A DNA stretch of 64,000 nt from Octopus sinensis (GCF_006345805.1 NC_042997.1:202802001-202866000), one strand, 5' to 3'. Positions 12,673 to 27,090 are shown, counted from the stretch's first letter. The notes: a model not told the origin generated them from the letters alone. A program made the numbers and translations.

Positions 12673-13061
12673 TCATCATTAATGTTTAACGTTCATTTCC
12701 ATGCTATATATATATTATATATATATATATATATATATCATCATCATTAATGTTTAACGTCCATTTCCATGCTATATATATATCATCATAATCATTATCA
12801 TCATCATCATTACCATCATCATCATTAAACATCTATTGGCCATGCTGCATAGATTGGACGGTTTGACCAACCCATGCTAGCATGGACAATAGACATTAAA
12901 TGATGATGATGATATATATGTATGTGTGTCTGTCTGTCTGTCTGTATGTATGTTTGTGTGCATGTATGTGTGTGTATGTTTATATATATTCTTTCATTCT
13001 CTTTAAGTCTGACACTCATTCCACTGATTTCTTTTGTCAAACTACTAAGTTGTCACACACC

Positions 13062-13092
<31 letters not shown>

Positions 13093-13207
13093 ATACATCA
13101 TAAAAGGCCAAGAGGTATGAGAAGTAAATATATTTATTTAACTACTGGATATCCAAAGGATGATGGCCGTTTTACAGCCTTTATCATGTAATAATAATTT
13201 CACCATA

Positions 13208-13490
13208 ATCATCATCATCATTTAACGTCTGCTTTCCATGCTGGCATGGGTTGGACAGTTTGACTGTGAACTGGCAAGCTGGGAGGCTGCACCAGACTCC
13301 AATCTGATTTGACAAAATTTCTACAGCTGGATGCCCTTCCTAACACCAACCACTCCAAGAGTGTAGTTGGTGCTTTTTATGTGCCACCAGCATGGGAGCC
13401 AGTCAGGCGGCACTGGTATTGACCACATTCAAATAGTGCTTTTTATGTGCCATCGGCACAGGTGCCGGTCAGGCAGCACTGGCATCATTC
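13208..13490 (-). mobile_element. RTE 3' end (family D)
   Basis: Reverse complement of the conserved block with (ATC)n. Confidence 0.8.
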
Positions 13491-14051
13491 ACATATTATT
13501 TTACATGTCTACACCAATATGTGTGCTATATACTGCACAGTACTATGCAGATATAGAAGATTAGTTCTTCAGATCAGTAGGGCATTATGATTATGCCAAT
13601 GCTTCAACTCTTATTATTACATAATGAAGGCTGTGAAATGATTGTAATCCTATGGATATCAAGTGGTTAAATACATATATTCACCCCTTGTACCTGGGTT
13701 TTTTTATGATCTATACATTCCTCATGAAATAATTTTACAGATTCGCTCTCCTGGAGTTCAGCTGCATCAGACTCGACACTATACTATATATATGACAGTC
13801 TTCTTTTGATTTCCATCTACCAAATTCACTCATTTGATAATTGTGTCACATCCTTGCAAGACATAGATGGTTTCAATTAATCTAGAATTTATGTTGTATG
13901 ATATTTGATGCACCAGTATTTGTCTATGTTGCTTATATATGCTACTGACCACTCTGAGTTATTTCTCTTAGCTAGGATATATATGTGTGTATTTATGCTT
14001 GTATGTATATATGATTGTATATATGTGCATATGTATGTATGCATGTATGTA

Positions 14052-14880
14052 CAGGGTTTTCACGTTAAATTTGGCAGTTTGCATAAAAGGGCAAGAAAAC
14101 ATAATCCATCCCAAAATAAAAGTATTTAAAAAAATCAAAAAATACCAACTAGATTATGACTGGGAAATAAGTTTATTCAAAGCAGCTACCCTCAGCTTCT
14201 ACCATGACTTTAAGATAGCTTCAGAACTTGGTGCATGTGTTTTTTCACTATGTCCCTTGAAAGAACTTCAAACACCTCCTTGATCCTGGCCACCAACTCA
14301 GCCTTGGCATTGTAGGCAGACTCAACAGCATCCCACTCATAAGTAATCCATGGCATTAAAATTGAGGAAATTAGGATGCCTGAAAAGGGGGCTGGTGAAG
14401 TCATAGAAACTTTCCAACAACCACTTCTGGCTCTTTTGGAGGCATGGCAAAAAACTAAATCCTGTAACAACCCACTCCAGCCAAGGTTTGACGACAGTCT
14501 CAAGCAGCTTCACATACTAACTTGAATTGAGTCTAAGGCCTTGTCCAAGGATGTGGGGATGACTTCTGGCATGGGGATGCAATCAGAATACTTGCTGTGT
14601 CTCTTCTTACTGGCCATAGTCTCCATTGCAGCTGTCAATGTCATATCTTACAGCCTTTACAGTATTCACAGAGCAGCAGTCATGATGTCAGCATTTTGAT
14701 ATCGGTGCAAATCATCACGATACAGGTAACTTTTTTCCAATATTCAGATGGCTTCCAACCTTCCATCAACTTCGGCTAACTTTTTCTCAATTACAACTCA
14801 ATTACAACCATATGCTCTTTAATGTCAGTGACTATTCATCAATATATCAAGCTGTTCCTAAAAAAAAGACACATAAAAGA
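14052..14880 (-). mobile_element. Decayed Tc1/mariner-superfamily transposon
   Basis: TA-CAGGGTTTT terminus; transposase remnants (LQDLVFCHASK...ITYEWDAVE...LVARIKEVF). Sister copies at 28391-28960 and 45000-46018. Confidence 0.7.
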
Positions 14881-15892
14881 TACATGTATGTATGTATGTA
14901 TGTTGTATGTATGTATGTATGTATGTATGTATGTATGTATGTATGTATGTATGTATGTATGTATGTATACATGCATGTATGCATGCATGTATTCATGTAT
15001 GCATGCATGTATTCATGTATGTATGTATATCAAAAGTACTGAGAAAAGGTTGAAAATGCATCAAATTTTTATATACATATTTTTTGTTTAACTAAAATAG
15101 GCTTAACTTTTTAACATTAGGGGAAAATAGTTTTATTCTATCTATTTATATGTACGACAATATAAATATAAAATTATGTTTTCATAGGATAAATGTTATT
15201 GTATTATGGCTTAAATAAAAATATATGGGGGAAAAGCTTTTAGTGTATACATTTTTGTGTGTGTTGCTGCTAAAAAACATTTTGCTGTAGAAGAAAATCA
15301 TATTTAACTGTCCAGGATCTAGTTTATGCTGATATTCAGCTTTTCAAAGTTTTGAGTAATTTTTCCCTATGTAAAAACCATGTGTGGATTAAATGAATAT
15401 ACATATATATGATGGACTCTTCTGTCAAAGATGACATATGACTGTTCAGTTTTTGCTGAAAGACCCACACAAATGATTTGTTTATAGTGATCAAATGTAT
15501 CTGCTGTATGCTTGCTCATTCCTTCTTCCAAATTATTGTCAGGTGTCAAAATGATCACAGAGCAACAGGAGATGAAGAGGTGGTGGGACAGGTATAGGTG
15601 GTGGGGGTTGTATGAAAGTTACTAACAGGTTAGTATTATTAGATGAATGATGTGATTAAGAGAAGAGAGATTTTCTTAGCTTAGCTGGACATATGCATGG
15701 GGTAATAATAACAGCAACATATCAACAAGCAGAGTGAAATTTAGGCAGCACATGGCTGAAGATGGGTTCATATAGGTCTCCAGGTGGAAGTAGACAAGCA
15801 AAAAGGCAACTTCATTGCAAGAAATAGCAGCTAAGACAGATAAAAACAGATAAAAACTGCTGGAAAATAGCAACCAGGACAAATAGAGGAAG

Positions 15893-15936
<44 letters not shown>

Positions 15937-16207
15937 CAGATAGACAGACAGACAAAGGAAGAGAGAGAGAAACAGAGAAGGAAAAACTTGACTGTCATAA
16001 AACATTACAAGAGGGAACGTTGTAAGATTAAAGCAAGTGATATGAAAGTTATTTGCAGGTTAGTATTATTAGATAAATGATGTGATTAAGACAAAATTTA
16101 GGCATCACATGGCCGAAGACTGGTTATATAGGTTTCCAGGCGGAAGTGGACAAATAAAAAGGCCAACTTCATTGCAGGATATATATACATATGTACACAC
16201 ACACACA

Positions 16208-16293
<86 letters not shown>

Positions 16294-17084
16294 ACACATT
16301 GACATGCTCATTCACACACATATGTCATCCAGTCATCTGCAGTGAATTAACTTGCAAGAACTGACCAGCAATGAATTGACCTACAGCACAATTTGTTGCC
16401 AGACTGAAAATGCCAATTTCTGAGAATGGTATTTTAGGATGATTAGTGACTGAGACTTTTGATTGAAGATTTCTCTCTAAATTGGAATGACTTAAAATCA
16501 TGTTTCATAAAATTCAATTCAGATATGTACAATTGCATGTGCACATTTTGTCTAAAACTAAAAATTATTTTGTTGTTATAGATTTGAATTCAATTAATTG
16601 AAAAAAGAAATCAATAATTTGTAAAAAGATAAAGAAAAAATTTATTTCTCACCAAATGTTCTCAGCACAAACCCCACAAAAAAAAAAAGAGAACACAACC
16701 ATAAATCAAAAGAACAACCATAAGTCCTTGATTTTAAGCACTGTTAATTAGGAACATCCCACAGAGAATAGAAGCAAATGGTGTTCTATAACTATAATAA
16801 CTATAAATAACCTGAAGTTTGAGAAAAATCTAAGTTCTCATCAAACATGGAAATATAATGTCTTAAAACTGCAGAATGTTGAAAACCTGCACAGTAGAGG
16901 ATCCAGAGATAATATCAGCTGATCTGTCTGTGCTCTCATAATGCTTTCGAAAGCCAGACTTGTCTTCTATGACTTCTATGAAAGGGTCTATGTTTGGAGA
17001 CTAACACAGGATGCTTATATGAATACATCTCTAAAAAGCTCCAGCAGAGCACTGCTATTCATCAGCTCCAAAGGTGTGATCATT

Positions 17085-17475
17085 TTCTTTTACCTTGTTT
17101 TAGTCATTGGAGTGCAGCAAAGCTGGAATAATACCTTGAAGGGTTTAGTTGAACAAATTGACCTCAGTACATATTTTTACAGTCTTTTACTTATTCTGTG
17201 GGGCTCTTTTGCTAAACAACAAAGTTATAGGGATGTAAACACACTAACACCAGTTGTCAAGTGATGAGTGCGGGAGGGAGAACACAGACACAAAGGCACA
17301 CTTGCACACACACACACAGAGTGGACTTCTACACAGTTTCTGTCTACCAAGTTCACTCACAAGGTATTCGTCAGCACAGAGCTATAGTAGAAGACACTTG
17401 CTCATGCAAACTGTAAATCCGATACCAAATGATTGCAAATGAAGCCTCCTAACTATAAAGCTATGCCTGCACCTA
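17085..17475 (-). mobile_element. SINE family A, decayed
   Basis: Matches the family A consensus in reverse. Confidence 0.7.
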
Positions 17476-17648
17476 CATATATATATATATATATATATAT
17501 TTATTTTATAGAAGGAGCTTCTACAGGACTAGAACTGTTTCATTCAAAAGAAATCAGGAAGCTATATATATATATATACACATATATATAATATAAATAA
17601 TATATATATATATATATGCATACAAACACACCACATGCACACACATGT

Positions 17649-17748
<100 letters not shown>

Positions 17749-17828
17749 CACACACACACACATATACATATCATATATATATATATATATTATATATATA
17801 TATATATATATATTTATTTTATAGAAGG

Positions 17829-17879
17829 AGCTTCTACAGGACTAGAACTGTTTCATTCAAAAGAAATCATCAGGAAGCT
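17829..17879 (-). ncRNA. Type-I hammerhead motif with canonical core
   Basis: AGCUUC-CUGAUGA-UUUC(uuuu)GAAU-GAAA-CAG(uucuaguc)CUG-UA-GAAGCU. Perfect 6-bp stem I, GUA site, weak stem II. Confidence 0.7.
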
Positions 17880-17911
17880 ATATATATATATATACACATA
17901 TATATAATATA

Positions 17912-17959
<48 letters not shown>

Positions 17960-18898
17960 TATATATAATATATATATAATTGGTTAAGCCATTCAAAAAA
18001 TAATAGTGTCAGAATCTATAAAATAAGAAACACTTTTGCAGTTTATATGCAGTTTCATATTTATTCCCAAAAATCATTTTATTTTACACTTTTCGTTTTT
18101 TTCTTTTTTACTTTTGGTAAAATAAGTGGCACAACATTCCAAAGAACATTCGAGAATTCCTTTCTTGTTTCTTTTTTTTTTCTCTTTTATTTTCTTACTT
18201 TTGTTGCCAGAAGCCAAAATATATTCTCACTTGAAACAGAAATTCTCTTCATAAAGATGATCTAAGATAAGACTAAAAATAAAGGCAATTACAGAACCAG
18301 AATTCTGAGTAAATACAAGAGACATTGTATAGATCATAAAACAAATAACTTTGGACTAATATCTTTTGTTGTACGTCCTTCACTGGATTAACAATAATTA
18401 CTTCTCTTACTTCTACAATCATGCCAATTTCTTGGCTAAAATACATACTTTATCAGATATATTTATAATTTTATGAGTTGCTATTTCTGTTTACATTTAC
18501 TACAATTTTCTCCAACAATAATGGGGCAAAAACTGGAAATATTTTCCAAACAATTATAGAAATAAATAACATTGTTATTCTTAAATTTGACAGTTACTGC
18601 CTTACTCTGTTTATATACTGGTATTTCTAGGCTGTTCATATATAAAGAAAATCTTGTCAAATTTTTACTATATGATGTCAGAGCTTGTTCTTCCTTCTTT
18701 CTCATAATCTTATTTTCTTTTAGCTCTTCCCCACCAGCATCATCATCACCATATTAGATATCCACGTAGTGGTCATCCCTCTTATATGTATGTTATATAA
18801 TTTTTCTGAATCTTCAGACTGCTAGGCCACTGATTTTAAATTGATATTAATCAAATTAATATTCAATTTTTCACCCTTATTATTTAAATATATATATC

Positions 18899-18952
<54 letters not shown>

Positions 18953-18989
18953 TAATATGGGTGGCTAATTTGCAATTTTATAACCTAAA

Positions 18990-19143
18990 GGCAGGAATAT
19001 GTATGTATCACTAAAGTGCCAAAGGCACTAGTCAGCACCAGTATTGTTAGAAATATGACAATGATACTTTGACTCTTATTTCTAGCAATACTGGTGTTGA
19101 TTAGTGCCATTTGTCACTCACTTTAGTGACACATATTTCTACC
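18990..19143. repeat. Fold-back (inverted repeat) element
   Basis: GGCACTAGTCAGCACCAGTATTGTTAGAAATA pairs with TATTTCTAGCAATACTGGTGTTGATTAGTGCC; right arm resembles 8903-8964. Confidence 0.75.
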
Positions 19144-19150
19144 ATATATA

Positions 19151-19680
19151 TTGGGTCGTCTGGAAAGTCCGTGCCAATTTTTAAAGGAAAGAAAAAGGTC
19201 AATAAATACTTGCCATTACATTTTTAATCAACCAAATATGAAACATTTTGTTGCACAATGTGTCCCCATCTTTCCTTTAATTTGAAAATACCCTCTTCCC
19301 AGAATTGAGGTGGTTTCATGGCAAAGAATTCATCAAGGTATCTTTTTATGTCATCCAAGGAATTGAAATTTTAACCATTAAGACTATTCTTTAGAGACCT
19401 GAATAAGTGGAAATCCAAAGGAGCAATATCTGGTGAATAATTCCATTTATAAAGCATTTTCATTCTGTTTATAAAGCGAATCACAGATGGAAATGCGATC
19501 CAAAAAGTTCTTCTCACTCAACTCATGTAGTACCCAAACATCGTAGCGATTTGTGTACCCAAGCTTTACCAGGTGCTCATGAATGACAGATTTTGATAGG
19601 TTGAGGCTTTCTGCCAATTCTCGGGTTCTGCAATGTGGGTTATTCTCAATTAATGACTTGATTTGGTTATCATCTGTTAT
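19151..19680 (-). mobile_element. Mariner transposon remnant, internally deleted
   Basis: TA plus TIR; ORF IKSLIENNPHCRTRELAESLNLSKSVIHEHL...VWVLHEL (HTH, WVPHEL-like) and a YSPDIAP motif. Confidence 0.85.
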
Positions 19681-19844
19681 TTGTATTAGGAAGAGCATGC
19701 ACCCATAGAAACCATAGTTATACAGACACTGGAGAAGGATGTCATTGGATCCTTGTCGAACCATCCAACCCATACCAAAGTGTGTTTGAATGTGGATAAA
19801 GAAGTGTTTCTTCTCTCTTTCTTACTTTTATATATATATATATA

Positions 19845-20945
19845 TTTGGTTAGCAACTAAGTTCCTACCATTTTTTTAAATTTAAATTTTTTAAAAGGTT
19901 TAATAAAAAAACAACTAATTAATCAATAATGTATTCACCCTTGTTGTTTACAACTTCTTCCCAACATTCAACAAGATTTTCAATACCTCGTTGGTAGAAA
20001 TCACCCGATTTCGACTTGAAAAATTGATCCAACCAAGCTCTCAATCCTGCATCAGTACTGAACGAAACTCCACGCATGGAGTTTCAAAATAGGTGGAAAT
20101 CCATTGGTGCCAAATCAGGAGAGTATGCCAGGTGTGGCAGCACCTCCCAGCCATGCGTTTGAATGGATTCCTTGGTCATATTGGCGATATGAGGGTGGGT
20201 GTTGTCATGCAGCAGAAAAACTCCATGCTGATGATTACGTCTTTTCTCTTGAATAGCCATGTTGAGTCGTTCCATCTGTTGAACATAGAGTTCTACGTTG
20301 ACCGTTTGGTTCTGTTCAAGTAGTTCATAATGGGTAATCCCTTTCCAGTTCCATCATATGCACAACATCATTTTACATGGATGAAGATCTTGTTTCATGT
20401 GTGGTGTCGCTTGTTTACTGTGGCTAAGCCATTCTTTACATGGCTCCATATTGATGTACAGGCACCATTTTTCATTGCCAGTAACAATTCAGTAAAGAAA
20501 TCGTTGCTTGTCTCCATGAGTTGAGCGGTGATGAGCAAACAAACCAGCAGAGATTGTGGCTTGTTGATTTTTGTTGTTATCACTCAAAACATGCGGAACC
20601 CATGCTCTATACTTCTGAACCTTTCCCATCCAGTGAAGATGCTTCTCTGTAGCAGTGTGGAAGTTCCCTTGTCATTTGACAAGAATTTTTGTGCAAAAGT
20701 TGGTTTAATCACTCTTCATTGAACTCAACTGGACGGCTAGAACGAGGTGCATCTTTGAGGTCAAAATTTCCATTTTTGAACTTGGCATACCAATCACGAG
20801 TGGTTCTTTCAGCTTTGGTACCCTCTCCATACACAGCACAAATGTCGTGAGCAGCTTTTGCAGCCTTAGAACCTTGATTCTTGCAATTTCAAATTTTAAG
20901 TGATTGTAGATTTTTTTATTTTTCATCCTCTTTATTTACAATCCT
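19845..20945 (-). mobile_element. Mariner transposon, frameshifted transposase
   Basis: LLHDNTHPH...LAYSPDLAPMDFHLF catalytic motifs; TA plus TIR at the left end. Confidence 0.9.
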
Positions 20946-21059
20946 GAAATCAAATGGGCATGTTGGATCAATTAGTTAGCAACTTCGCTTACTTTCGAAC
21001 CATTATTGTTGTTGTTGTTGTTGTTGCTGTTGCTGTTGCTGTTGTTGTTGTTGTTGTTT

Positions 21060-21400
21060 ATATACACACAACAGATTAGACTGTTGGAAAAGAAAAATTC
21101 CTAACAGCAGGCTACACCAAGTAACCTTAGATACCAAGAACCCTCCTAAATATCCTAGCTGTCCCTAATAACACTGTTTTCTGGAGCTGAACTAAACTGG
21201 GTTTTATGCCTATTTCCTCTGTCCATCTGTTCAAATCTTTAGGGATTGTTCCTAATGCACATGTAGCTACTGGAATACATTTTACCTCCACTTCCCATAG
21301 TCTCTGTAATTCAATGGCTAGGTCTTGGTACTTTGCTATTTTTTCTATACCTCTTATATCAATTTTTTCATCATTTAGGACTGTAAAGTCATTATTATTA
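21060..21400 (-). mobile_element. R4/Dong-clade non-LTR retrotransposon 3' fragment
   Basis: EKIAKYQDLAIELQRLW...ALGTIP...LQKTVLLGTARIFRRVL is the RLE C-terminus; flanked by (TAA)/(CAA) repeats. Confidence 0.85.
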
Positions 21401-22007
21401 TTAAGAGAGCAGTGCATGCCATCAAAGTGATACTAGTGTAAAATATACAAAGCCCAATATACCCATCATGATTACCCATCTGATAAGGGTACACCAGGTA
21501 CATGCATCACAACCATATGTGCATGACATGGTGATCTATAACAAGACAAACAGTGTATGACCTTGCAGGTGGAGCCCAGTTAGAATTTTCTTCTGGTCAA
21601 GTAGCCCATCCTGTTCAAAAGGTCCCTGAATAAGGGTTGTTTAAGGATCATCATCACCCTCACCACCACCACCACCACCACCACCACCACCACCATCATC
21701 ATCATCACCATCATCGTCTTCATGGCTTAGTGATTAGGGTGTTGCGCTCACGATCTGGTGATTGTGATTCTAATTCTTAGACCGGGTGGTGCATTGTGTT
21801 CTTGAGCAAAACACTTCATCTCACATTGCTCTGTGATCACTTTGACACCTGACGCATGGTACACAATGCACCTGTTCAGACAATGTCGATTTAATAGAGA
21901 GTAACTAATGTGCAGCACAAACATTTGATCAATATAATCAAATCATTTGTGCAGGGTGTTTGGCAAATGCTGAATGCTCATATGTTGTCTTTGATGGGAG
22001 AGTCCAT

Positions 22008-22195
22008 CTTCATCATCATCATCAGCATCACCACCATCACTACCACCACCACCATCACTACCACCACCACCATCACCACCACCACCACCACCCTCATCAT
22101 CATCATCATCATCCTCATCATCATCCTCATCATCATCCTCATCATCATCATCATCATCATCATCCTCCTCCTCCTCATCATCATCATCATTATTA
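22008..22195. repeat. (CAT)/(CAC)n microsatellite
   Basis: Direct reading. Confidence 0.95.
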
Positions 22196-22656
22196 TGTCA
22201 GGCAAAATGCTTAGTGGCATTTCGTTCATTTTTATGTTCCAAATTCAAATGCCGCTGAGGTCAACTTTGCCTTTCACCCTTTTGGGGTCAATAAATTAAG
22301 TACCAGTCAAGTACTGGAGTTGATGTTATCAACTATACCCCCTCCCTACAAACTCCAGGCCTTGTGCCTATTGTAGAAAGGAGTATTATTATTATTATTT
22401 GTCCCCTTCATCTTTCACCCTTGTGGCAAATAAATGAAATCATTATTATCATTACTATTATCATCATCGTCATCAGTAGTAGTAGTAGTAGTAGAAATGC
22501 ATTTCTTCTGGTTCATTATGTTCCAAGTTCAAATTCTGTCAACTTTGCCTTTCATCTCTCTGGTTCGATAATATAAAGTATCAGTACTGGAGTTGAAGGA
22601 ATCAATTTATATCCTCTCTCTAAGTTGTCTGGCCTTGTGCCAAAATTTGAAGCTGC

Positions 22657-22706
<50 letters not shown>

Positions 22707-23139
22707 TATTATTATTATTATTAAGCTTTTATTTTTTTTCTTATTTTTTAAGACGTCATCAGAAGACAATGGGTAGTCCCTTTGGCCTTTTCCTTTTTAC
22801 AGATACACAGCATTCAAGACGTCAGCCAACATATCCTTCTCCTTTTTAAGACAGTTGGGTACAATTTGGGAGAGAGATCTGGTTGTTATTTCTAGCAACC
22901 AAGTGACCATATACAGGCTCCTTCACATGCTTGTCAAAGATATAGTAGGTATGAATAGTGAAAGATGTATACTGCTTTATTAAAATATCTAAAAATACTA
23001 CCTAAATTGATCACAAGGTCTGTAAAATAAAGGAAGTGCTATTTCTCACACATTTCATTGTACTAATAAGAAGATATGGATTTGATTCAATTAGTTCTCC
23101 TGTCTTCTCCCATAAACTTGGCTTTCTGCCTAGTCAAAA

Positions 23140-23273
23140 AATCATCATCACCGTCGTCATCATCATCATTATCTTCATTTTTATTACTCTCCTTGTTGTT
23201 GTTGTTATCATTATTATTATCCTTATATTTATTATTATTATTATTATTATCATTATTATTATCATTATTATTA

Positions 23274-23341
<68 letters not shown>

Positions 23342-23342
23342 G
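23140..23342. repeat. (ATT)n microsatellite
   Basis: Direct reading. Confidence 0.95.
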
Positions 23343-24248
23343 TGCTGGGCAAAATGCTTAGCAGTATTTCGTCTGTTTTTATATTCTGAGTTCAAATTCT
23401 GCCGAGCTCAACTTTGCCTTTCATCCTTAAGTACCAGTGAAACACTGAGGATGATGTAATCGACTAGTTCCCCCCCCCCCGCAGAATTGTTAACATGCCA
23501 GGCAAAATGTTTAACGGTATTTCATCTGTCTTAACGTTCTGAGCTCAGTTTCCACTAAGGTCAACTCTGCCTTTCGTCCTTTTGAGGTTGATAAAATAAG
23601 TTTGGCCTTGTGCCAAAATTTGAAACCATTATTATTATTGTCGTTGTTGTTGTTATTATTATTGGAAGGCTGCGAGCTGAGCTGGCAGAATTGTTAGCAT
23701 GCCGGACAAAATATTTAGTAACATTTCATCCACCTTGCTCTCAGTACAAATGATGATGATAATGATGAAGAGGAGGCGGGGGATGACTACAATGCGAACA
23801 AAGAAAAAGAGAGGGAGAAGAGGAGGGGAGAAAAGGAGACGAGGAGAAGGGGAGGAGGGGGAGAAGAGGGAGGAAAGGGAAGACGAATCAATTTTTGACA
23901 CATTTGAAAAAGAAAAAGAGAAAGTTAAGAGCCAGTTATTTCAGCAGTTGATAGGAAATTTGTTCTTATCAGCAAATCTTTTAGTTTAAGTTGATAGTGT
24001 TAAAGAGAGGAAGTTTCAAACTTTGAAGTAGGTGGCAAAAAAAATGAAAAGTCTCAGCTTATAGTTAGTTGTTAAATTGGCACTTAGTGCTGAAAACAAT
24101 GCTATATGAAACCAGTCTAGTAATAAACGGAGATACCATGTCAAATCTCTTAAGCGCTAGTTATTATATATATCAATATAAGTGTATATATATGTGTGTA
24201 TATGTATGTGCATGTGCATGTGTGTATGTATGTATGTATGTATGTATG

Positions 24249-24290
<42 letters not shown>

Positions 24291-24340
24291 TGCATGTATA
24301 TATATATATGGTATGTATGTATATATTATATGTATGTATG

Positions 24341-24371
<31 letters not shown>

Positions 24372-24378
24372 ATGCATG

Positions 24379-24423
<45 letters not shown>

Positions 24424-24440
24424 ATATTATTATATATATA

Positions 24441-24509
<69 letters not shown>

Positions 24510-24544
24510 TACATAGACATACATACATTCATACATACATACAC

Positions 24545-25035
24545 CTTGTGTGCACTTAGCACACTTTCAACTTGGTAGTCAGCCCAATGCCTCTCACTTA
24601 GCAACCCAAATGCTGAATTTCCCTCTGTCATGCATATGTTGACTTTGTCATCAATGTTTACATATCTGGAGACTGTGCTGCTGAGGTAAATTAACTTAAC
24701 AAACCTTCAGGGGGTCCCCTTTGACTGTGATAGCTGGTTCCACACACTGCTTCTGTAGAGCAGGTTGGTGCTTGACCTCTGTCTTGTGGGTACTGATGAG
24801 GCCAAAATTGTTGCACACAGTGGAAAAGTGGTTTATGCTCTGCTGCATCTGAGCCTGTGGTAGCATTGAGTGGTCAGTTGTCTGTAGCAGAAAGTCACAC
24901 ACTGAGTCCTCTTTCACCTTGGTATTAGCCTGTAGACTCCACAGGTTGAAGAATCTGCAACCAGTCCTGAGTCTGATCATGATACTGGTTTCAACAATGT
25001 TGCAGAAGGCATCTGACAGCATGGCTGAGAATATC
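24545..25035 (-). mobile_element. RTE/BovB-like LINE RT fragment
   Basis: IFSAMLSDAF...FFNLWSLQANTKV...FSTVCNNFGLISTHKTEVKHQP resembles RTE RT. Confidence 0.8.
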
Positions 25036-25594
25036 ATACATATATATATGTGTGTGTGTGTATGTGTGTGGTGTGGTGTGGTGTGGTGTGTGTGTGTGTG
25101 TGTGTATGGAGATGCCCAGAGATGTAGTTGTGTGTATATGTGTGTATGTGTGGGTGGATGATTGTATATGTATGTGGGTATGTGTGAGTGTATTTGCGAA
25201 ATAATAAATTTTAGCATATGCAACCTAACACGTGAAACAAAGTGGACAGCCAGTGCCACTCATGTCGGGTATGTAGAGGCACATTGACAGCAAGCAGAAT
25301 GGCACTGTCAGTGTCTACTAGATGCAAACGAGCCAGTTGGATGAGTTAGCATCGAAGTCAAAGGTTTATTAATGGGGTCAGCAATTGTATATCACCTGAG
25401 GAGATACAACTGGATCTCATTATACAGGTAAACTGTTGCTTAATTTAAATCCTGTATATATGTGGATCAATGTTGTATCAAAACATGTGTAGTGTTTATT
25501 AAATAGCTGTCTAACCATACTCCTTCTTGTTGACTCTATTTTTTCAATTTTCAATTATATATAGATAATATATAAAGTGTGTAAAAAGATTTGA

Positions 25595-25828
25595 GTGAAG
25601 TCGTTGCCAGTACTGCCTGACTGGCCCCCGTGCCAGTGGCATGTAAAAAGCACCCACTACACTCTCGGAGAGGTTGGCGTTAGGAAGGGCATCCAGCTGT
25701 AGAAACTCTGCCAAATCAAGATTGGAGCCTGGTGCAGCCATCTGGTTTGCCAGCCCTCAGTCAAAATTGTCCAACCCATGCTAGCATGGAAAGTGGACGT
25801 TAAACGATGATGATGATGATGATGATGA
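25595..25828 (+). mobile_element. RTE 3' end (family D)
   Basis: Conserved block and (GAT)n tail. Confidence 0.85.
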
Positions 25829-26124
25829 AAGTAAACAGAAAATAGAGAAATATTGATCAACAACAATTGACTAACATCAATTATTGCTTTTTAATTCAAT
25901 ACAAATAGACTGTATCCCATCTAACAGCTGTTTCTGCTTGCAATGTTATAAGGTATTGCCACTGAAAATTCTGAAAATAATATTCATCATATTTGGTAAT
26001 ACATCTGATCTGGAACATCAGAGTGAAGAAAAAATACATACATAAAAGAAAAGAAGAAGAGCCTCGAGAAGAAGATGAAAGGCTTAATATATATATATAT
26101 ATATAGGTGCATATACATGATGAT

Positions 26125-27090
26125 TACTTCATCTTGAGAGATGATTGCCGTCCCATCAACACACACACCACACTCCATCACACAGCACAATCACTCCGTT
26201 GATGAGCCCTTAGATGACTTTTAAGACCAGCTGCTGACTGACAGATTTTAAAATACAAGTGACAGATATTCAAGTTTCTTCTATATCTTTGCTCTTTGGA
26301 ATCTGATTCTGAAGGAATGTTTTTGTGAACTAGCATATGCCTTTCAATTCCAGATATTGTCTTTCAAGTTTTGTGACATATGACACAAGTTGTAAGAGGC
26401 GGTTGGTGTCCAAAATCATTACCTATCTGTGCATTACGATTTCTATGTGACTTCATATGATTCACGTATCCTGCTTTTGACAACAGAACACGGTCACATA
26501 TAATACATATCCAATGTTCACTGTTTATTACAGTTCCAATTGTTCCTTTGCGACAGGCCCTTTTAAGTCCAGAGTGCTAAATCATCTTTTCCTCCCAGGC
26601 ATAGCAACCAGTCCAAACAGCACCTCTCCACTTGTTCCACTCTAGAACATCATTTTCCTAACCACTTTTGTTCATATCTAGTTTTTTCAGGTTTTCATTC
26701 ACACAGTCTTTATACCTTTCCCTCAACTTATGTTGTGGTCACTTACCAGAGTTGAGCTCACCATAAAAAAGACACTGGTAAACACTCGTCTTTCATTCTA
26801 ATAACAGGTCCAGTCCATCTCATTTGAGTCAAGATAACATGTTGTTCAATTGAGCTGCAACGTACCATGCACAAAACCTCTGTATCTGGTATGAAACATT
26901 CCCACTTGACTGCTATGATATGTCTGAAGCACTTTTGATGAAACCTCTCCAGCATTTTTATATAATACTTGTAAGTGGTTCATGTCTCACTTGAATAAAG
27001 AAGTACAGACAATACCCACGCATTATAGACATTGATTTTTGTCTGCTGGGAAATACCTCTATCTGCCCAAATCTCTGCATCGAGACTACT
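26125..27090 (-). mobile_element. RTE LINE 3' region ending in three C2H2 zinc fingers
   Basis: LERFHQKCFRHII...MRWTGPVIRM, then CIIC-X12-HMKSH, CVIC-X12-HMLVH (internal stop) and CHLY-X12-HLRAH; stop near 26178. Confidence 0.85.

Noticed and set aside
18290-18830. ORF MRKKEEQALT... as a gene or pseudogene
   Set aside because: Stops on both sides, no recognisable motif, no consistent splice chain.
21420-21650. HDV-like ribozyme next to the Dong fragment
   Set aside because: Could not build the nested double pseudoknot by eye.
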